In this document: piece by piece, positions 34,060 to 38,629 of the stretch | How the letters are laid out: the number at the start of each line of letters is the position of its first letter | Position numbering within the stretch: the first letter of the stretch is position 1 | Virus record (IMG/VR): IMGVR_UViG_3300002138_000056 | Strand: one strand, 5' to 3' | Source of the DNA: a virus | DNA length: 38,629 nucleotides | Position numbers and translations under genes: made by a program | Notes under the pieces: generated by a model | What the model was told of the DNA's origin: nothing | The model's database searches: none | What the model saw: only the letters and a program-made list of their open reading frames with translations

Positions 34060-34764
34060 ATGCTTTTCATCAAAGGCTGGCCTAAGTTTCAGCACTTCAA
34101 AGACCGCAATCCGATCTGGATTAAGCTCTACCGGAACCTGTTGGACGACATAAATTGGCACGAACTTGATGCCGAATCAGCAAAAACGTTAATTTCGCTG
34201 TGGTTGTTAGCCTCAGAGGACAAAAATAACAAGGGAGGTTTGCCATCAATCAAGGAAATAGCTTTTCGTTTGCGCGTAACAGAAAAGTCTTTAAAATCAA
34301 GTATCTCAAAGCTAGGTAATTGGTTGTTACAAGATGATATCAACACGATATCAGATATCAAGACGATATCACCGCGATATCAACATGATGCCCTAGAGAC
34401 AGAGACAGAGACAGAGACAGAGATAGAGAAAGAGAGAGAGACAGAGATAGAAGGCGCTCCGCGCTCAACAAGATTCAGCGACACCTTTTTACCGGAAACG
34501 TGGCAAACATTTTGTTTGCAGGAAAGGCCAGAACTTAGTCCACAAAAGACATTTGACCAATTTAGGGACTATTGGATTGGCGTTGCTGGTCAAAAGGGTA
34601 AAAAGCTGGATTGGGATGCGACTTGGCGAAATTGGGTACGAAATCAAAAAGGCGGCACACAAACAAAAGGCAACTCACTTGCTGAACGTAACCAAGCCGT
34701 AGCTGCTTTGTGGCTTGCCGAACAGGATGCCAAAGAAAAAGGGGTAGAACATGAAATCAACTGA
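34060..34764 (+). CDS. Replication initiator (lambda O-like organisation) with the origin embedded in the gene
   Basis: 234 aa. An N-terminal DNA-binding-like domain is joined to a C-terminal domain by an acidic ETETETETEIEKERETEIE linker. Iterons and a purine-rich tract lie inside the coding sequence, and the gene is followed by a coupled partner gene. Confidence 0.55.
   Translation: MLFIKGWPKFQHFKDRNPIWIKLYRNLLDDINWHELDAESAKTLISLWLLASEDKNNKGGLPSIKEIAFRLRVTEKSLKSSISKLGNWLLQDDINTISDIKTISPRYQHDALETETETETEIEKERETEIEGAPRSTRFSDTFLPETWQTFCLQERPELSPQKTFDQFRDYWIGVAGQKGKKLDWDATWRNWVRNQKGGTQTKGNSLAERNQAVAALWLAEQDAKEKGVEHEIN
34336..34382 (+). repeat. Five direct GATATCA iterons (putative origin of replication)
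   Basis: GATATCA starts at 34336, 34347, 34354, 34365 and 34376, giving spacings of 11, 7, 11 and 11 bp. The extended consensus is CGATATCA. Confidence 0.75.
34396..34449 (+). repeat. Degenerate hexanucleotide array (GAGANA)x9, including (GAGACA)x4; a near-homopurine tract
   Basis: gagaca gagaca gagaca gagaca gagata gagaaa gagaga gagaca gagata, read directly. It encodes the Glu/Thr linker. Confidence 0.9.
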
Positions 34765-35311
34765 TAAACAGCGGTTTTCTGAAATGCTTACCGGCTTGGG
34801 CGAATATTACGGCAAGCCGATATCTAAAATGATGATGGATATTTACGCTCAAGGGCTGGCGAATTACGACATTGACGACATATCCAAAGCATTCAGCACT
34901 CATGTGCGAAACCCTGACAACGGGCAATTCATGCCGAAGATTGCCGATGTTGAGCGGTCGTTAAACGGCAATTCAGCAACCAGAGCCATGCGAGCCTGGA
35001 ACAAAGTAACAAAGGCTGTGCAGGAAATCGGCACCTATTGCACCGTTAAATTTGACGATACTTTAATAAACTCTGTAATTCAGGATATGGGCGGCTGGCC
35101 TGCTATTGGGCAAATAACCGAAGATGAATTGCCTTTCCGAATAAAAGAGTTTGAAAAGCGTTACCAAGCGTATTTGCAGATATCGCCATCTTATCCGGTA
35201 ACCGCATTGATCGGCGTATTTGAAAAACAGAATCGCACTGATGGATATTACGAGGACGAAACGGTATTGATAGGAAATCACAACAAAACGTTATCTTTGG
35301 AGGCAAAATGA
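34751..35311 (+). CDS. Replication-associated protein (possible helicase-loader analogue, lambda P position)
   Basis: 186 aa, overlapping the initiator gene's 3' end. The call rests on synteny only. No Walker motif was seen. Confidence 0.35.
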   Translation: MKSTDKQRFSEMLTGLGEYYGKPISKMMMDIYAQGLANYDIDDISKAFSTHVRNPDNGQFMPKIADVERSLNGNSATRAMRAWNKVTKAVQEIGTYCTVKFDDTLINSVIQDMGGWPAIGQITEDELPFRIKEFEKRYQAYLQISPSYPVTALIGVFEKQNRTDGYYEDETVLIGNHNKTLSLEAK

Positions 35312-35505
35312 CCCAGTGCGAGCAGCTTTTAGAAGCGATGAAACGCGGCGAACAATTGACGGTTGCCGAGGCGCTGGATAGGTATGGTGTCTATGCTTTG
35401 AGTCAAAGATGTGGCGAGTTAATTCGGCAAGGCCATCCGATTAACGTGGAAACCATAAAAGTCCAATCTGGCAAGCGAGTAGCCCGATACTCGATGGCTT
35501 TATGA
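35308..35505 (+). CDS. Small winged-helix / HTH protein (65 aa)
   Basis: LLEAMKRGEQLTVAEALDRYGVYALSQRCGELIRQGHPI resembles the phage HTH_39-type domain. It is ATGA-coupled. Confidence 0.5.
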   Translation: MTQCEQLLEAMKRGEQLTVAEALDRYGVYALSQRCGELIRQGHPINVETIKVQSGKRVARYSMAL

Positions 35506-35837
35506 TTTGCCAAGTCTGCGAGGAACGCCGTAGCGCGTCTGCAAACGCTGCGATGTGGCCTATCCTCAACGCGTGGTCAGAACAGCGCAAGTGGCCCATC
35601 AATGGAATCCTCAGCGATATTTCAGCGGATGAGTGGAAGGACATTCTTACCGCGGCCTTTGAAAACGATGTAAATCCGAGAATTGCGCCCGGTTTGCATG
35701 GCGGCATGGTGATGCTTGGCCGACGAACCAGCCGGTACGGGAAAACACGGTTCGGAGAATGGCTGGACTGGCTAAATGCTGAAAGTCATCATGCGGGAAT
35801 TAAAGTACCGGCACCTGCAAGTATGGAGGAATTTTGA
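35502..35837 (+). CDS. ninB: NinB (lambda Orf)-like recombination mediator
   Basis: 111 aa. RSASANAAMWPIL...W...DEWKDILTAAF...MLGRRTSRYGKTRFGEWLDWL follows the NinB family pattern. Confidence 0.6.
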   Translation: MICQVCEERRSASANAAMWPILNAWSEQRKWPINGILSDISADEWKDILTAAFENDVNPRIAPGLHGGMVMLGRRTSRYGKTRFGEWLDWLNAESHHAGIKVPAPASMEEF

Positions 35838-36145
35838 CGAAAGAGGAAAAAAAGTGGATGGCTGCGGTCGCTGATTTGGGCTGCATCGTTTGCTTGGATG
35901 AGCATGGATTCGTGCCTTGCCACGTGCATCATATTTTGGTCGCTGGCAAAAGATCAGGGCATTTTCACACAATCGGTCTTTGCCCAACGCACCATGAATC
36001 CGGTATCCGAAATGCTATTGCGGTTTCTAGGCACCCGTTTCGACGGGAATTTGAAGCGAGATACGGAACGGAATGGGAATTATTGTTAAAAACCAAAAGG
36101 TTACTATGCCCAAAGGATTTACAGGAAATTACGCAGAGCACGTAG
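35834..36145 (+). CDS. ref: Ref-like (RecA-dependent, HNH-type) nuclease
   Basis: WMAAVADLGCIVC...CHVHHI...LCPTHH...FEARYGTEWELL matches the P1 Ref family pattern. The start is either TTG 35834 or the in-frame ATG 35858. Confidence 0.6.
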   Translation: MTKEEKKWMAAVADLGCIVCLDEHGFVPCHVHHILVAGKRSGHFHTIGLCPTHHESGIRNAIAVSRHPFRREFEARYGTEWELLLKTKRLLCPKDLQEITQST

Positions 36146-36229
36146 TTCGGCTTGGAATCAAACGAGCGTTGCAAAACAAAACGCAGAAAGCAAAGAAACT
36201 CGCAAGAAAAATAGAGAGGGAGTTTTCCA

Positions 36230-36538
36230 ATGACCCCAACGCAACGCAGTTTGAAATCTCTCAGGGAACTGGGCTACCTGGTCGAGGTCGTGGAAAAATG
36301 GAACTCGTTTACCCGAACGCGTAAGGATCTCTGGGGTTGGGCTGACTTGTTGGCCATCCGGCGCGGCGAGGTGCTGGCTGTCCAGGTCACCGCCCAGGCC
36401 GTTGCTAACCGGGTTCAAAAGGTTGCTGCATCTGAAACTATTGGGCGGGTGCGGGAAGCTGGCATTCGGATCGAAATTCACGGTTGGCGAAAAAATGCAA
36501 AAAACAGGTATGTGCAGCGGGTTGTTGATCTTTCATAA
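36230..36538 (+). CDS. Putative PD-(D/E)XK-fold nuclease (Holliday-junction-resolvase-like)
   Basis: 102 aa with RBS gagagggag. E...D(LL)...QVT spacing (VEVVEKW...WADLLAI...VLAVQVT) resembles small archaeal Hjc-like phage resolvases. Confidence 0.35.
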   Translation: MTPTQRSLKSLRELGYLVEVVEKWNSFTRTRKDLWGWADLLAIRRGEVLAVQVTAQAVANRVQKVAASETIGRVREAGIRIEIHGWRKNAKNRYVQRVVDLS

Positions 36539-36574
36539 AACAGGTAGTATTTAATAAATCACAAAGGACAATAT

Positions 36575-36802
36575 ATGATAACGAAACAGATTTTAGAACT
36601 AGTGGCTCAACAGCCGTTGAATGCAAAAGAAATTATTGAAAAACTGAACGGCAGCAAAACAGTTGTGTTTGCTACTTTAAGTTCGTTATCTCGGCGTGGT
36701 TTAATTAGTCGAGAAGCTGTTAAAAAGACCGAAGCTGGCAGGGGCCGCAAAACCATCTACATTTATCGAGCGAACAACACAGCGGCTGAAATCACATGCT
36801 AA
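36575..36802 (+). CDS. Winged-helix DNA-binding protein (75 aa)
   Basis: ILELVAQQPLNAKEIIEKLNGSKTVVFATLSSLSRRGLISRE is a MarR/ArsR-like wHTH pattern. Confidence 0.5.
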   Translation: MITKQILELVAQQPLNAKEIIEKLNGSKTVVFATLSSLSRRGLISREAVKKTEAGRGRKTIYIYRANNTAAEITC

Positions 36803-38037
36803 CAATACAATACAAAAAGATTGAACAATTGATTCCGTATGCCAGGAACAGTCGCACCCACAGCGATGCCCAAGTAGCGCAGATTGCCGCCAGCATTAAA
36901 GAATTCGGCTGGACAAATCCTGTCTTGATGGATGGCGATAACGGCATTATCGCGGGGCATGGTCGAGTGCTTGCTGCAAGGGTGTTAGGGCAGACTGACA
37001 TTCCGACGATTGAACTGTCTCACATGACAGATATTCAGAAACGCGCTTATATAATTTCAGACAATAAGTTAACAATGAATGCTGGTTGGGATGAAGAAGT
37101 GCTTGGCCTGGAACTGACAGAGTTAAAAGAATTCGGCTTCAACCTCGACCTGACCGGCTTTAGCACCGAGGAAATCGAGGCGCTGCTGGCTCCGACAGGA
37201 ACGGAGGGACTGACAGACGAGGATGCTGTGCCGGAGGTGCCTGAAGCCCCAGTGACCGTTCTGGGGGACGTTTGGCTGTTGGGCAAGCATCGGGTGATGT
37301 GTGGGGATTCGACCAGCATTGAGCAGGCCGAGCAGTTGATGGCGGGAACAAACGCAGACCTTGTCTTTACAGACCCTCCCTACAATGTCGCATATTCTGG
37401 CCGAGGCCAGAATAATCTTGGAACGATCAAGAACGACGATATGTCGGCGGCAGACTTTGAGCAGTTTTGCCGCGACTTGTTTGCCACTTATCACGCCGTG
37501 ATGAAACCGCTGGCGTGCATCTATGTGTGCCACCCCGACAGCCAATCGGGGCCGAAGTTGGCGTTTGAAAAGACGTTTGCCGAGCAATTTAAGAAATCCA
37601 GCACGATTATCTGGATGAAGCAGTCCGCAGGGATGGGGTGGCAAGACTACCGCGCCCAGCACGAACCGATTTTGTACGGCTGGAAAGATGGCGGGAAGGG
37701 AAAACACTTCTTCAGCGGCGACAGGACAAAAACAACCGTCTGGAAGATTGGCCGCGATGCACAAGCGACATACAAGCATCCAACTCAAAAGCCCGTCGCT
37801 TTGCCAGAAGAAGCGATAAACAACAGCAGCAAGGGCCAGGACATAGTCCTCGACCTATTCGGCGGCAGCGGTTCAACCCTGATCGCCTGCGAGAAAACAG
37901 GCCGCATCAATCGCAGTATGGAACTCGACCCCAAGTACTGCGATGTAATCGTCCAACGCTGGCAAGAATTCACAGGACAGACAGCAACGCTGGAATCAAC
38001 GGGAGAACCATTTGCCATCAGTTCCAAGCAACCCTAA
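36796..38037 (+). CDS. ParB-like nuclease domain fused to a DNA N6-adenine-type methyltransferase (DPPY)
   Basis: The N-terminus (IPYARNSRTHSDAQVAQIAASIKEFGWTNPVLMDGDNGIIAGHGRVLAA) is a ParB/Srx domain. It is followed by motif IV VFTDPPYNV and motif I VLDLFGGSGSTLIACE. Confidence 0.85.
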   Translation: MLTIQYKKIEQLIPYARNSRTHSDAQVAQIAASIKEFGWTNPVLMDGDNGIIAGHGRVLAARVLGQTDIPTIELSHMTDIQKRAYIISDNKLTMNAGWDEEVLGLELTELKEFGFNLDLTGFSTEEIEALLAPTGTEGLTDEDAVPEVPEAPVTVLGDVWLLGKHRVMCGDSTSIEQAEQLMAGTNADLVFTDPPYNVAYSGRGQNNLGTIKNDDMSAADFEQFCRDLFATYHAVMKPLACIYVCHPDSQSGPKLAFEKTFAEQFKKSSTIIWMKQSAGMGWQDYRAQHEPILYGWKDGGKGKHFFSGDRTKTTVWKIGRDAQATYKHPTQKPVALPEEAINNSSKGQDIVLDLFGGSGSTLIACEKTGRINRSMELDPKYCDVIVQRWQEFTGQTATLESTGEPFAISSKQP

Positions 38038-38494
38038 ATGCACAGAATTAGGGTGCAATAATCAACGCTCATTGTTTAATAGTTTCTGCTTGGAGCATGG
38101 CGGTCGTGATAAGCCTCGGTACTATTACAACGATAGCGACCAGAATAAATTAAAGAGAAAACAATATAACAATTCAAGGTGGGCGAGATTAAGGCAGCGT
38201 CAATTAAGCACACAGCCCCTTTGCCAAGCCTGTTTGCAAGACGGTCACCTAAAGACCGCCTCTGATGTAGACCATGTGTTCCCGTGGCATTCAATAGGCA
38301 AAGAAGCATTTATCCTTAACCTATTTCAATCGCTGTGCCACTCCTGTCACTCAATCAAGACACACCTAGAGAGGCAGGGCATCTATCGCCACTACGACCG
38401 TCCTAGCGCGTTTAAAGACTATGTTCACGCTGATTGGCAGATGGCTGTGCAGCGGCAATATGATGGGAAAACGACAGAAAATTTAGAAACTTAA
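38012..38494 (+). CDS. HNH endonuclease (packaging-associated)
   Basis: DVDHVFPW...LCHSCHSIKT is an HNH motif, and there is an N-terminal Cys cluster. On the closed circle it lies immediately upstream of terS. Confidence 0.8.
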   Translation: MPSVPSNPKCTELGCNNQRSLFNSFCLEHGGRDKPRYYYNDSDQNKLKRKQYNNSRWARLRQRQLSTQPLCQACLQDGHLKTASDVDHVFPWHSIGKEAFILNLFQSLCHSCHSIKTHLERQGIYRHYDRPSAFKDYVHADWQMAVQRQYDGKTTENLET

Positions 38495-38526
38495 AGTTTT
38501 TTTGATTAAGGAAAAGCAAGCGCGCA

Positions 38527-38629
38527 ATCCTTTTCTTTTGCAAATGCGCTTGACGAATACGGGTTATCCCTGCCAGAATTTAACTTATGGATAAAAAACC
38601 TTTAGAACTGCACCTGATCGACGGAACCA
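38527..38629. repeat. Right copy of the 103-bp terminal direct repeat
   Basis: Identical to 1-103 by direct comparison. It contains a truncated second copy of the terS start (ATG at 38588). Confidence 0.95.

Noticed and set aside
36073-36324. 83-aa plus-strand ORF bridging the Ref-like and resolvase-like genes
   Set aside because: It overlaps the 3' end of the Ref-like gene and the 5' end of 36230-36538, which has a strong RBS (gagagggag). Its product is a basic low-complexity sequence, so it is probably spurious.
37123-37788. 221-aa minus-strand ORF and other antisense or alternative-frame ORFs (37047-37319, 37160-37351, 37638-38051) within the ParB-methyltransferase gene
   Set aside because: They overlap a gene with unambiguous ParB, DPPY and FGGSG motifs. 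Their translations are Arg/Pro/Cys-rich nonsense, typical of off-frame reading in a GC-richer region.
38480-38505. Weak AT hairpin plus T7 run after the HNH gene (gaaacttaaagttttttt) as a terminator
   Set aside because: The stem is only about 5 A/T base pairs, too weak to call. The T-run may simply be part of the packaging-site region.
1-38629. CRISPR arrays, tRNA/tmRNA genes, integrase/att sites, transposases
   Set aside because: There are no regularly spaced identical repeats and no intergenic gap large enough for a tRNA with recognisable arms. No recombinase or transposase motifs appear in any ORF. I could not run tRNAscan or profile searches, so small RNAs cannot be fully excluded.

Overview
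The window is one complete tailed-phage genome. It is siphovirus-like, with an HK97-type head and cos-type HNH/TerS/TerL packaging. Bases 1-103 are repeated exactly at 38527-38629, so the unit length is 38,526 bp and the sequence closes on itself.

Gene layout:
- Plus strand, 62-26987: packaging, head, neck, tail, fibres and lysis, mostly translationally coupled.
- Minus strand, 32041 down to 26979: an early leftward operon with ERF annealase, YqaJ exonuclease, a small SSB-like protein, a sigma-region-4-only protein and many tiny ORFs.
- Plus strand, 32176-38494: an early or middle rightward operon with a Cro-like HTH, an SPPY methyltransferase, an O-like replication initiator with internal iterons, NinB, Ref, a nuclease, a ParB-methyltransferase fusion and HNH.
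- The two early operons diverge from a compact control region at 32068-32116, where two near-consensus sigma70 promoters overlap back to back.

No integrase, CI-type repressor, tRNA, CRISPR array or reverse transcriptase was seen. I did not identify a cleanly novel multi-gene system.

Most unusual features:
1. Two tandem paralogous HK97-fold capsid genes separated by an intrinsic terminator. The second lacks the scaffold-like N-terminus and carries an inserted Gly/Thr-rich domain.
2. A protein with sigma70 regions 3/4 but no region 2.
3. A GNAT-like gene embedded in the tail-tip module.
4. A 1937-aa mosaic fibre built from codon-diverged peptide repeats.
5. A 101-aa protein ending in an SSB-type acidic tip.
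6. The overlapping divergent promoter switch.

All functional calls come from motif recognition by eye and from gene order. No database search was run.
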